Below are positions 46,289 to 55,271 of a DNA stretch of 64,000 nucleotides, in pieces. The DNA is from Candidatus Woesearchaeota archaeon (GTDB taxonomy: Archaea > Nanobdellota > Nanobdellia > Pacearchaeales > GW2011-AR1). The notes under the pieces were generated by a model. It was not told where the DNA came from, did no database searches, and worked only from the letters and a program-made list of their open reading frames with translations. The stretch is taken from contig CAZNIA010000001.1 in the NCBI GenBank assembly GCA_964572995.1, forward strand, positions 5,611 through 69,610, read 5' to 3'. Positions within the stretch are counted from its first letter, which is position 1; the number at the start of each line of letters is the position of its first letter. A program made the position numbers and the translations under genes.

Positions 46289-48324
46289 TTTTTTGGTTTA
46301 TTTTTTTCCTCTTTCTTTTCTGAAACTTGTTTTTTAGTTTGTTTTTTGCTTTCTAATAAATTAAAGGCATTATTTATTTCTTCTCCCGGCCATCCTTTAT
46401 CCAAAAGAGACTTTTTTATATAATCATCTGCGATTCCTTTTTTTCTGCATTCGTTGATATAATTTATGTATTTCTCTGGTGGCAATTTAACCCCACTTTT
46501 TGAAGTGTTTGGGGAATCAGGAGAAACAATCTTTTTATCCTCTGTTTTATCTTCTAATTCTTTTTTGTCTTTTGAAAAAGAAGTATATAGTTCTGCAATC
46601 TCTTTCTTAAGTCTTTCTTTATCGTTAAACACCTCTTTTGGTATTGGCTCCCGATACATCTCCTTTATCTTCATGAATAATTCAAGAGCCTCTTCTTCTT
46701 TATTTTGCTTTATTAATTCTTTTAGTTTATTCAATAAGATATATAATTCCAATAATCTTTCTTTTTTCTTATCTCTTTTATATTTTGCCATGAAAACAGC
46801 CAAAAGTATTGCAAAAATTAGTATTAAAAGTATTATTGAACCAATTTTTACAAAAGAAGAAAAATTAAATCTTGTACCTACTTCAAAATCCACTGAATCT
46901 ATTGCAATATTTTTATTGTCTGAAGCTCTTACGTAAAATAAATAAGGCCCTTCTGGAGCTATTTCTGGAACCTGCAAACTTCTTTCTAAGAATAATGAAG
47001 AAAAGAAACTTACTTCTTCTTCAGAAAAGTTGTAAACCTTTCCTGTATAATCTTTTATTGCATAATACAGAGAAGCGTCTACATTCTTTAAATCTTTTAA
47101 ATTAATTAAAGTAATGTTCACTTTCACTTCTTTGCCTGGTTTAACCAATTTATATTCTTCAGAAATATTTAATACAATATCAAATTCAAGATCAATTCCT
47201 TGTATATCTAAAACCGTTGGAATGGATTTATTTATTTTAGGAGATTGAACATTTATATAACCGAAATACTGCCCGGGAATTGTTCTTTCTGGTGCATAAA
47301 AATCAAGAGTTATTTCTTTGGACTTTCCAGGAAGAATTGAAAAGTTTGTTGAACTAAAAACAGCAAAATCCTTTAACTTAGGGGAAGAAAGATTAATTAA
47401 AATCTCTTCTAACCCAATATTGGTTATTTTTAATACTCTTGTTTTAGATGTTCCTTGTTTAAGAGAAACCTTCAATTCATAAAAACTTAGCTGAAAATCT
47501 TCAACTTTTCTTACTTGCAAAACATCTATTTTTCCAAAAAGATCTGATAATCCTCCAGAATCCCCGCTATCTCCTCCACCCCCTCCTCCGCCCCCTCCTT
47601 CAGGAGGGAGTTCTTGAGCAGCAACTGTAAAATTTTGTATGTCTGTAACATTCATGTTTCCTGAACTATCAAATGCATAATATCTCCAATAAACTATATT
47701 GAATGCTGGAGCTCTTATTTGAACTTTTGAAGAAGAGATATTTTCTGTTCCTGAAAAACCAACTGCAGAATAATTATCCCATCCTGCCCCTTGATTTATT
47801 GAAAATATATATTCTTGTAAATTTCTGTCATCTGTCCAATTGGTATAAAAAGTTACAATATCATTTTGATAAACAATTGTCTTGTCTATATTTGGAAAAT
47901 ACCATTTTGGGGGCTCTGTGTCTAAGCCCACGGACAATGTAACTATATTGCTTAGAGTATCATACTGGGTGTCTGAAGCATAAAACGTGATGTTTTTTTG
48001 CCCTGAATATCCTGGTCTTGGAAAAAAAGAAACCATATTTGTTACGGGGTCTATAGATACATAAATATCATTTATTGAGGAGTTATAATAAATTAAAGGC
48101 ATTCCTTCTGGATCTTCAAAATATTCGTCTAAATCGAACGCATCAATTAGACTTTCATTTTCTGGCCAACTTTGGCTTGGTATTTCTTTTATTAGATAGG
48201 GGGGAGCATTGGGAACATTTAAACTAGTTTCGGTTTCAGCCAAAATAAAAGATACAAAAGACAGAATTACAAATAAGAACAATAAAAAAAAAGTTCTCTC
48301 TTTTAATAAACACCTCTGTTTCAC
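46285..48324 (-). CDS. exported protein (679 aa) with Gly-rich linker, TM anchor and cytoplasmic coiled-coil tail bearing the conserved tail motif. It sits in an operon with ATPase 2 (4-nt overlap)
   Basis: Signal/anchor FFLLFLFVILSFVSFILA. The linker is PPEGGGGGGGGGDSGDSGG. TM helix IGSIILLILIFAILLAVFMAKY, then ...NKEEEALELFMKIKEMYREPIPKEV. Confidence 0.65.
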   Translation of the reverse strand: MKQRCLLKERTFFLLFLFVILSFVSFILAETETSLNVPNAPPYLIKEIPSQSWPENESLIDAFDLDEYFEDPEGMPLIYYNSSINDIYVSIDPVTNMVSFFPRPGYSGQKNITFYASDTQYDTLSNIVTLSVGLDTEPPKWYFPNIDKTIVYQNDIVTFYTNWTDDRNLQEYIFSINQGAGWDNYSAVGFSGTENISSSKVQIRAPAFNIVYWRYYAFDSSGNMNVTDIQNFTVAAQELPPEGGGGGGGGGDSGDSGGLSDLFGKIDVLQVRKVEDFQLSFYELKVSLKQGTSKTRVLKITNIGLEEILINLSSPKLKDFAVFSSTNFSILPGKSKEITLDFYAPERTIPGQYFGYINVQSPKINKSIPTVLDIQGIDLEFDIVLNISEEYKLVKPGKEVKVNITLINLKDLKNVDASLYYAIKDYTGKVYNFSEEEVSFFSSLFLERSLQVPEIAPEGPYLFYVRASDNKNIAIDSVDFEVGTRFNFSSFVKIGSIILLILIFAILLAVFMAKYKRDKKKERLLELYILLNKLKELIKQNKEEEALELFMKIKEMYREPIPKEVFNDKERLKKEIAELYTSFSKDKKELEDKTEDKKIVSPDSPNTSKSGVKLPPEKYINYINECRKKGIADDYIKKSLLDKGWPGEEINNAFNLLESKKQTKKQVSEKKEEKNKPKK

Positions 48325-48451
48325 TTTTTATTACCAAGGATATATTGGAGTGCTATCCTTATATGAATATTGCCATCTATTTATTTAAATCTTCTTAAAA
48401 AAACATCAATAAAATGAAAAACTTTATAAAGTACATTTTGATTATTCTATA

Positions 48452-48658
48452 ATGCCTAAAAAGGACTTAAATGAGACTAAATCTAAAAGCGCTACAGTTA
48501 AGGGGACTATACCTTTAAATCAAAAAGAAGCGATTAGGAAATTAATAGGAGTTATTGGAAGCAATGAACAAGATGTTGTTGGGAAAATTATAACATTGTG
48601 GCTATATAATGAAGGATATCTTGTTAGTAAAATAAAGAGAGGTAAACAAGATGAATAA
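48452..48658 (+). CDS. small (68 aa) hypothetical protein; its stop overlaps the start of the 1106-aa surface gene
   Basis: ORF with an 8-nt overlap onto 48651. It is a possible small regulator, with no clear motif. Confidence 0.35.
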   Translation: MPKKDLNETKSKSATVKGTIPLNQKEAIRKLIGVIGSNEQDVVGKIITLWLYNEGYLVSKIKRGKQDE

Positions 48659-51600
48659 AAAATTTCTGAATATGGTTTGGGTAATCTCATTATCGGTGCT
48701 GCTAATCTTTTTTATAACTGCAGAGGAAAATCCAGCTAATCTTTCCAAAGAAAATTCTTCTTCTACAACTCTTGTTTTAGATGGAATAGAATCTTTAAGT
48801 AATTTAGAAGATATTACTGAAAATAATTTTTCATTTAATTTAAATTCTTCTGAAATTAATGAAGAAGAAACTCCTGAAATTTACACAAATTACAATTTAA
48901 ATCAAACAAATATAACGGGGGATTTGTCTAAAGAAAATTCTAAAGATACAATAAAAAACAATATTAGTAACGGGAGTAGTAGTACTTTGGATAATAATCA
49001 AGTTAATTCAACATTTCATTCTACAATATTATCTAAAGAGGGAGGCTCTTCTGGATCTAATTATATTGGTTTAGAAGAGTTAAATGAGTTAGATGAAAAT
49101 ATTTCTGAAGGGGCCCAAGTAGATTATTATGATGCCTTGCCCACAGATGCAAATTATACTTCTTTGCAAATCCGGGGTAAAAAGGAGATAGATATCGGAG
49201 GGTATGGAGAAATAAAAATAACCAAAGAAGAATTTGAAAAGAGTGAGTTTGAAAAAGAGGTGATTATTTCTAGCGAAGAGCATTATGAAGGGTATCTAAG
49301 AGTTTATGCTTCTCCAACACAAGAATCTAAGGAAGACTACATAAAAATATACTGGAAGAATCAAGAAGATTTAGAAATTACAAATATGGATGAATTTTCT
49401 GTAGAATATTATGATGAAAATGAAAACGGATTGATTGATAGAATCTCTTGGATTGTTCCGCATTTAAGTGAACAAAGATTTGATATTGTTATAAAAACAA
49501 ATTTTAGTGATAATGATAATCTAATTATTTTAGACGTTGAAGCTCCTTCAAGCTTAGCAATAAATCCTATAGAATTTAGGGTAAATGTAAGTTATGATTT
49601 TCCAGAAAAAATAAATTGCTCTTTAGAATTGAAAAAAGATGCTACAAGAATGTTTTTTGAATATTTTGAGGTCACAAATGGAACAATTGGAACTCCTAAT
49701 TTGCAGAATGGAAATTATACATGGGAGATAATTTGTTTTGATGTAGATAATTCAAACGCTTCGGCTAAAATTGGGGCTTTTGAAATTTCAGAAGACTTTT
49801 CTTCTTCGTTAGTAGAAGGAAAATTATATTTCTTAAATTTGGTTGAAAATAAAATAAAGAATCCTGAAACGATTATAATAAATTCCAGCACACCCTCCAA
49901 CTTTTCTGTAGATATAATTAAAAATGGAGGAGCAATTGTATTTAATAAATATTATTTGAACTCTGCTTCTCTTTTAATGAATGAAACAATCCTAAATAGT
50001 TATGGAAATTACGCATTAAGAGTATCTTTCAACGAGCCCTCTCCAGAATACGTAATATTAACTAACTTTTCTGTAACAAGTGCAAATATCAACATCAATA
50101 CTACAAATATAGAAGAAGGGGAATCTGTGAAAATTACCGCAAATGTTAATTCTCCAACCAAAATGATTTCCACAATAATCTTGGATTATGGGGATGGAAC
50201 AAATGATTATCGTGCTTCAAATTCAAATTCTTTCTCTGGAGAATTTACCAAAAAGTACAATCAGAAAGGCACTTATTCTCCTAAATTAATTATAACTATT
50301 CTTGGAGGAGATACATTTAATATTACTAAAAATGGTATAACTGTAACAGAAGCTGAAGACCCAGAAGACAAAGACCCTCCTTCTATAACCTTGTATGACC
50401 CTGCACACAAAGAGGTTCTTGATGAGGAAATAATAAATTTCTCATATAAAGCAAGCGATAATATTAAAATACAAAATTGTACATTTAAATTATATAATAA
50501 TTGTGCTTCTCTGAATTCTTGTTCAACAGGAGATTCTAACCTTATTTTTCCTCTAAATTCTCAACAAAGGGCAATTGCAAACAACTATTCTATGCAAAAC
50601 AATAAAGAGACTGTAATAAAATTACAAGATTTTGAAGATGGAATCTATTTATGGGAGGTGGAATGCTATGATAACTCTTCAAATTCTGATTTTGAGTGGA
50701 ATATTTTTCAAATAGCAAAGGATAATACCACTATTGTTTCGTCTGATTATGAACAAAAGGAAGAAATAGGGGCATTAAAGGAGCAAGCAGATAATTTCCT
50801 TAACTATGGTTTTGATCTTGAAGAGAAAGAGGTTTTAGACGGTTTAAACATAATAAATGAAACTAAATATTATAAAAAAAGACTTTTAGACATTCAAGAT
50901 TTCTTTGAAGAAAATTACAAATATGTTTCCACAGAAGAATTAAGGGAGAGAAAGACTGAAGAATATATCCAAGAACTAGAAAAAATAAAGAATAGTATAC
51001 CTGTAGACATCAGTGTAGAAGAAGATTATGAATATATCAAAAACAGTATGGATAAAGAATTCAAGGAAATTATAGAAGAATACTTTTCTTCTACAAATAC
51101 TCAGCTAAGTAAAGCTTCTTTAAGAAAATTAGAAGAGATAAATAAAGAAATACAAAATGAGATTTCTGTTTCCACAAATATTAAAAGAGTTAGCATAAAA
51201 TATGAAAACGGAACTCAAGAAATGGTTTTTATAAAAAAGAAAGTGGCCCTTAATGATGGTTCTTATAGTAGTCTTTTAGAGATAATTCCTGAAGAAATTG
51301 TTGAAGATCCTGCAGACATAGTCTTTATTACAGAAAAAAGAAGAGTTGGAGAAGGAAACATGTTTGAAATAGATTATGATGATTTAATTAATGGTGAAAT
51401 AATTTATTATATAACAAAACCAATAAAATTAAAAGATATTGAAAATACAGAAACTGTCTTATTTGAAGAATACTTAACAAACGTTGAAACAAGAGTCACG
51501 GGTTTCTTTGTTTTTAGTGGCGTTTCTGAAGATTTAACTATTTACATTGTAATTGCTTTTATTCTGTTAATTGTGTTGTTGGTTATCATTCCAATTGTGA

Positions 51601-51971
51601 TTAAAAAATTCAAGATGATTAGCTGGAAAAAGGAACCAAATGTGGTTAAGGTCATACATTTAATTGAAGAAATAAACCGGTTGTTGAAAGAAAGAGAAAT
51701 TGAGAAAGCGAGAGAGAATTATTATAAAATAAAAGAAATATATCCTGTTTTGCCTTATAAAACAAGGCCGTACTTTTACAAGAAGATAAGTGAAATGCTG
51801 GTTAAAATAGACAAAAAAGACATTTTTGGGTTAGTTAAAGAATATCAGGAAGCTAAAAAAAGATGGGACAAAGAGAACCTTATGAGATTATATGAAGACA
51901 TAAAAAAGATATACAAAAGGCTTCCAGAAAAAGACAGAAAAAAAGTATATGATATAATTAATGGGTACTAA
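48651..51971 (+). CDS. large surface protein (1106 aa). It shares the conserved head module with the two giant proteins, and has a C-terminal TM anchor plus two copies of the cytoplasmic tail motif
   Basis: Signal peptide. EVIISSEEHYEGYLRVYASPTQESKEDYIKIYWKNQEDLEI...ENGLIDRISWIVPHLSEQRFDIVIKTN is homologous to the giant head module. TM helix IYIVIAFILLIVLLVIIPIVI, then EKARENYYKIKEIYPVLPYKTR and MRLYEDIKKIYKRLPEKDRKK. Confidence 0.75.
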   Translation: MNKKFLNMVWVISLSVLLIFFITAEENPANLSKENSSSTTLVLDGIESLSNLEDITENNFSFNLNSSEINEEETPEIYTNYNLNQTNITGDLSKENSKDTIKNNISNGSSSTLDNNQVNSTFHSTILSKEGGSSGSNYIGLEELNELDENISEGAQVDYYDALPTDANYTSLQIRGKKEIDIGGYGEIKITKEEFEKSEFEKEVIISSEEHYEGYLRVYASPTQESKEDYIKIYWKNQEDLEITNMDEFSVEYYDENENGLIDRISWIVPHLSEQRFDIVIKTNFSDNDNLIILDVEAPSSLAINPIEFRVNVSYDFPEKINCSLELKKDATRMFFEYFEVTNGTIGTPNLQNGNYTWEIICFDVDNSNASAKIGAFEISEDFSSSLVEGKLYFLNLVENKIKNPETIIINSSTPSNFSVDIIKNGGAIVFNKYYLNSASLLMNETILNSYGNYALRVSFNEPSPEYVILTNFSVTSANININTTNIEEGESVKITANVNSPTKMISTIILDYGDGTNDYRASNSNSFSGEFTKKYNQKGTYSPKLIITILGGDTFNITKNGITVTEAEDPEDKDPPSITLYDPAHKEVLDEEIINFSYKASDNIKIQNCTFKLYNNCASLNSCSTGDSNLIFPLNSQQRAIANNYSMQNNKETVIKLQDFEDGIYLWEVECYDNSSNSDFEWNIFQIAKDNTTIVSSDYEQKEEIGALKEQADNFLNYGFDLEEKEVLDGLNIINETKYYKKRLLDIQDFFEENYKYVSTEELRERKTEEYIQELEKIKNSIPVDISVEEDYEYIKNSMDKEFKEIIEEYFSSTNTQLSKASLRKLEEINKEIQNEISVSTNIKRVSIKYENGTQEMVFIKKKVALNDGSYSSLLEIIPEEIVEDPADIVFITEKRRVGEGNMFEIDYDDLINGEIIYYITKPIKLKDIENTETVLFEEYLTNVETRVTGFFVFSGVSEDLTIYIVIAFILLIVLLVIIPIVIKKFKMISWKKEPNVVKVIHLIEEINRLLKEREIEKARENYYKIKEIYPVLPYKTRPYFYKKISEMLVKIDKKDIFGLVKEYQEAKKRWDKENLMRLYEDIKKIYKRLPEKDRKKVYDIINGY

Positions 51972-52004
51972 AACACAATAATTCTTAAAAAAGAGGAAAC
52001 TTAT

Positions 52005-52529
52005 TTGAGAGGCATGAGCAAAGACAAAAAAAGATATATCCTGCTTTTTGTAATTTTAATTTTAGTTGTTAGCTTGGTGCCTTCTGTTTTAGCAATTTCT
52101 AATTATGATCAAGCAGTTTACAAGATTGATTATAACTACAAAGAAGATTGTTGTTGCCAAAAAGATTATCCTCATAATACTCCCCAGCATTATTCTGATT
52201 ATCACGCAAATTACCCCCTACATGAAAAACGTAGTTATCAAAGTGAAAACTTTGAAAATAGGTACAGTTCAAAAAGCTACTTGAAAAATAAAAAAGGATT
52301 TTTGGGAACTGCTGTTAAAGAATACACTGTTGAAATAAAAAATCTCGGAGAGACAGGAAAATATTTTATAGTTACATTCAATCTTAAAGATAAGTATGGT
52401 TTTGAAAAAGTTGAGTCTGTAACCAAATATATTAAAACCAAAGAAACAAGAAAGTTTGTGTATAGGGATGTGCAATTTGAGAAAAACGAAATTTTAAGAT
52501 GGAGATATACAATAGATCAGACTTATTGA
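52005..52529 (+). CDS. small exported hypothetical protein (174 aa)
   Basis: Signal/anchor YILLFVILILVVSLVPSVLA. Confidence 0.5.
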   Translation: MRGMSKDKKRYILLFVILILVVSLVPSVLAISNYDQAVYKIDYNYKEDCCCQKDYPHNTPQHYSDYHANYPLHEKRSYQSENFENRYSSKSYLKNKKGFLGTAVKEYTVEIKNLGETGKYFIVTFNLKDKYGFEKVESVTKYIKTKETRKFVYRDVQFEKNEILRWRYTIDQTY

Positions 52530-52572
52530 AAAAACGCTTCTAAATGCCTTAAAATAGGGTATTTTTTGGGTT

Positions 52573-52592
52573 CGTACAAGATATATTGTACG
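52573..52592. terminator. hairpin (7-bp stem CGTACAA/TTGTACG, 6-nt loop) flanked by T-runs in a convergent intergenic region
   Basis: cgtacaagatatattgtacg is preceded by tatttttt and followed by tttta. It lies between the ends of the 52005..52529 (+) and 52629..52949 (-) genes. Confidence 0.35.
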
Positions 52593-52628
52593 TAGTTTTA
52601 AGGGTGTTTTAGAGATTTTTGAGAATTT

Positions 52629-52949
52629 TCAGTGATTTTTGTTTATTTTAGCTGTTTCGTTGATTTCTCTTGCTAATTTTGCAAGACCTTCAATACTATA
52701 ATAATTACCTTGTCCGATACAATCTTCAAAAGTTAATTGTTCACTTAGGTTAGCTTTGTTATCTGTTATAAATTTCTTGTAATATTGTAATAAATTAATT
52801 AAGTGAGGGATACTCTCTTCTTCTAGACGAATATACATCGCAGAATCAAACGCTTCTAAAGAAGAATCTGTGATTGAATAATTGTTTATTTTATCTGAAT
52901 AATGAATAAAATGATGGATGCATCCAAGGCAAGTTATTTGTTTTTTCAT
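52629..52949 (-). CDS. hypothetical protein (106 aa), member of a small locally duplicated family
   Basis: It contains the family repeat coding for ...KANLSEQ... (nucleotides cacttaggttagctttgtt at ~52745). Confidence 0.4.
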   Translation of the reverse strand: MKKQITCLGCIHHFIHYSDKINNYSITDSSLEAFDSAMYIRLEEESIPHLINLLQYYKKFITDNKANLSEQLTFEDCIGQGNYYSIEGLAKLAREINETAKINKNH

Positions 52950-52950
52950 T

Positions 52951-53457
52951 TTAATGATTTAGTCTTGAGTTTTTTGTGAAATCTGTTTCTCTTATAGGAT
53001 ATCTTTTATGCGCTTTTGATTTATCTACAATTATCTGTTCTGGACCTTTTGCACTTAGGTTAGCTTTGTGATATGTACTATCTTGAAGGTTTGCGATTCT
53101 GATTTCATTTTCTGAATTTTCTGAAAGCTTGAGAATTAGTTCTAAATGATTCAATTCTTCTTTTAATCTTTCTATCCTTGATTTAGCATAGGGAATTATA
53201 TTCTTTTTAATCTCTTTTTCTGATGAAATTTCTTTGTCCCAGCCATATTTTTTACAAGCAGGACATTCTATAACCGTATGTGGATCTCCATCATACGAGA
53301 TAATATATGCTCCATCAAGAGGACATCTGTGATTTGTTAATCGATCTCCAAAATCTAAACAAACAAAATCTTCTTTTCCATCTAATCCAATAAAGAAATA
53401 TTCTCTTTTTTCTCCAGGTTTTCCAATCTCAAAAAGGGAAGAAGGTAATCCAACCAT
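52951..53457 (-). CDS. hypothetical Cys-containing (possible zinc-ribbon) protein (168 aa)
   Basis: CLDFGDRLTNHRCPLDG...CPACKKYGW, and it contains the ...HKANLSAKGPEQ repeat motif. Confidence 0.4.
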   Translation of the reverse strand: MVGLPSSLFEIGKPGEKREYFFIGLDGKEDFVCLDFGDRLTNHRCPLDGAYIISYDGDPHTVIECPACKKYGWDKEISSEKEIKKNIIPYAKSRIERLKEELNHLELILKLSENSENEIRIANLQDSTYHKANLSAKGPEQIIVDKSKAHKRYPIRETDFTKNSRLNH

Positions 53458-53469
53458 TAAATATAGAAA

Positions 53470-53990
53470 AGCTAATCTTTTTTAAGATTTTGTATTGTTC
53501 AATGAGAAATTTTCTGAAATTTTCAATGCAATATCTTAAGTGTTTGCTCGCTTTTTGCACTTAGGTTAGCTTTGTTATCTTTAGTTAAGTTTTCTAATTT
53601 AGATGCTATAAACTTCTTTGTTAATTCTAAATCCTTCAAATATTCTTTTGAGTTAATTTGGTAAAAAGCACTCATTTCGATTTCTGCGATGGGTTGTAAG
53701 ATTTTTAAATTTTCTAAATCAAGATAAGAAATATTATCTGGATTTGCTATGCTTCTATAAAACCCTATTTAATTGGGGAGCCAGAGTAATCTACAATTTC
53801 AACTATTTTAATTCAAAGAATTCTATTTTTTTAATAATTTGGGTAATTAAATAGATGTAATTTAATGTATTTTTTAAAAAAAATTAAGTTGATTTTTGTT
53901 GTAAATTTTTTAAATTTTTATTTTGCTTCCTTCCTTTTTGCACTTAGGTTAAGTAAGTTATCTTTAGTTTTTTTAAACATCTCTATGAAA
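53470..53990 (-). pseudogene. decayed fragments of the KANLSAK-motif gene family
   Basis: There is no ORF >=60 aa. The 22-mer ttttgcacttaggttagctttgt (reverse complement encodes KANLSAK) recurs at ~53557 and in degenerate form at ~53938. A minus-strand fragment reads ...KFIASKLENLTKDNKANLSAKSEQ. Confidence 0.35.
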
Positions 53991-54388
53991 ATTTGTTGGA
54001 TAAATAATGCAAAAAAAAAAGAAAATGTGTTGTAAAGGGCAAAAATGTGTTGGAATATGTGTCTAGTTTATATAAAATGTGCTGGAATGAACGTTGAAGG
54101 GGTGTTCAAACAGCTGTTTAAATGTTTTTATCGACGGATAAACAAACAATCATGAAAAATAAAAAACAGGCGTTTTTGATGCTTAAACGGCTGTTTGTTG
54201 CTGTTTAGGGCTGTTTAAACAGGCTGTTTTTGATTAATTTTTTCAACAAACACCTTTTATTTTTTGTATAAAAATGTGCTGGAATTGTGCTGGAAAGATG
54301 CTCTTAAAAAAATATTTAGAAAAGATAAAATTGATTTTTATATCGATAAAAGCAAAACATTTTTAAAGTACGTTTTTTACTATATATT

Positions 54389-55024
54389 ATGTTTGGATGG
54401 TTTTCTTGGAAAAAAGAGAGTAACAAGATAAGAGAGGATACAAAAGTTGGATTTGACTTTGTAAAAAAAGATATTGCTTCCTTAACAGGATGGATTAAAC
54501 ACCTTGATTCTGAAAGAAATCTGCAAAAAAGAGATATAGATCAAATAAAAGATGATTTGTCATCGATAAAAAATGAAATAGAAGCTATGAAAAATGTTCT
54601 TTCTATAATGAACGAATTAAAACCCAAACAGGTGTTTAAAACAAACAGGGCGCTGTTGGACAAACAAACACCTGTTTATGCTGTTCAAACAGGTGTTCAA
54701 ACAGGTGTTCAAACACCAAATTTAGACCAATTTTCAGTTACAGAAAGGGCAATACTTTGGATCTTATTAAATGCAGATATGAAGCTAGGATATGATGACT
54801 TATCAACAATATTAGGAAAGGAAAAAAGCACAATAAGGGGACAGATAAATGCAATAAAATCAAAAAGTGAGGGGTTAATAGAAGAGAGTATTGAAAGAAA
54901 TGGGAAGAAAAGGGTGTTTATACCTGAAGAAATAAAGGAAAAAATGCTAAAAAAACCAAAAGTGAGAGTTGGAGAATCTAAAAATAACAAGAAATATGAG
55001 AAAAATGAGGAAAAAACCACATGA
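54389..55024 (+). CDS. coiled-coil plus C-terminal winged-helix DNA-binding protein (211 aa) with a (VQTG)3 peptide repeat
   Basis: The N-terminal half is heptad-rich. The repeat VQTGVQTGVQT is encoded by gttcaaacaggt x3. The HTH-like segment is ERAILWILLNADMKLGYDDLSTILGKEKSTIRGQINAIK. Confidence 0.5.
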   Translation: MFGWFSWKKESNKIREDTKVGFDFVKKDIASLTGWIKHLDSERNLQKRDIDQIKDDLSSIKNEIEAMKNVLSIMNELKPKQVFKTNRALLDKQTPVYAVQTGVQTGVQTPNLDQFSVTERAILWILLNADMKLGYDDLSTILGKEKSTIRGQINAIKSKSEGLIEESIERNGKKRVFIPEEIKEKMLKKPKVRVGESKNNKKYEKNEEKTT

Positions 55025-55271
55025 AAAAGACAAAAGTGAGAGTTAATAAAATAAAAAATCAAATAAAAAGGTATAAGAAACAGCTAAAGTGAGAGAAATT
55101 TTCAGTAAAAAACAAAAACTAGAAAAAGGGAGGAAAAATAAAAAGTAGAAGATAAAATAAATCTAAAAAAAGAAGGCGGAAAGGCTGAAAATGAGGCTTA
55201 AATTTAAGTGAATTAGAGTGTGAGAAGAGATAATTAAAGTTATTCTCTTTAACGAATAATTATAAATTGTA

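Noticed and set aside
47560-47610. C-rich tract (cctccaccccctcctccgccccctcc) as a possible slipped-strand phase-variation site
   Set aside because: It encodes an in-frame Gly9 linker (GGGGGGGGG) using mixed GGN codons and not a true homopolymer, so it is unlikely to slip. I note it only as a flexible linker
39366-49900. Assorted 60-160-aa ORFs antisense to large genes (39366..39554, 40390..40701, 40879..41061, 41368..41658, 41665..41979, 42458..42715, 45162..45464, 46466..46936, 46872..47105, 47703..47942, 49089..49283, 49715..49900, 52269..52475, 54709..55062, 58445..58675, 59019..59225, 61021..61203)
   Set aside because: All are embedded antisense or out-of-frame within longer ORFs that have recognisable domains or family relationships. 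Long spurious ORFs are expected by chance in an AT-rich genome and in K/E-rich repeats
53990-54330. Possible CRISPR array suggested by short direct repeats
   Set aside because: The repeats are short (9-15 bp), heterogeneous and irregularly spaced, with no repeat-spacer periodicity and no cas genes. They fit better as iteron-like or regulatory repeats
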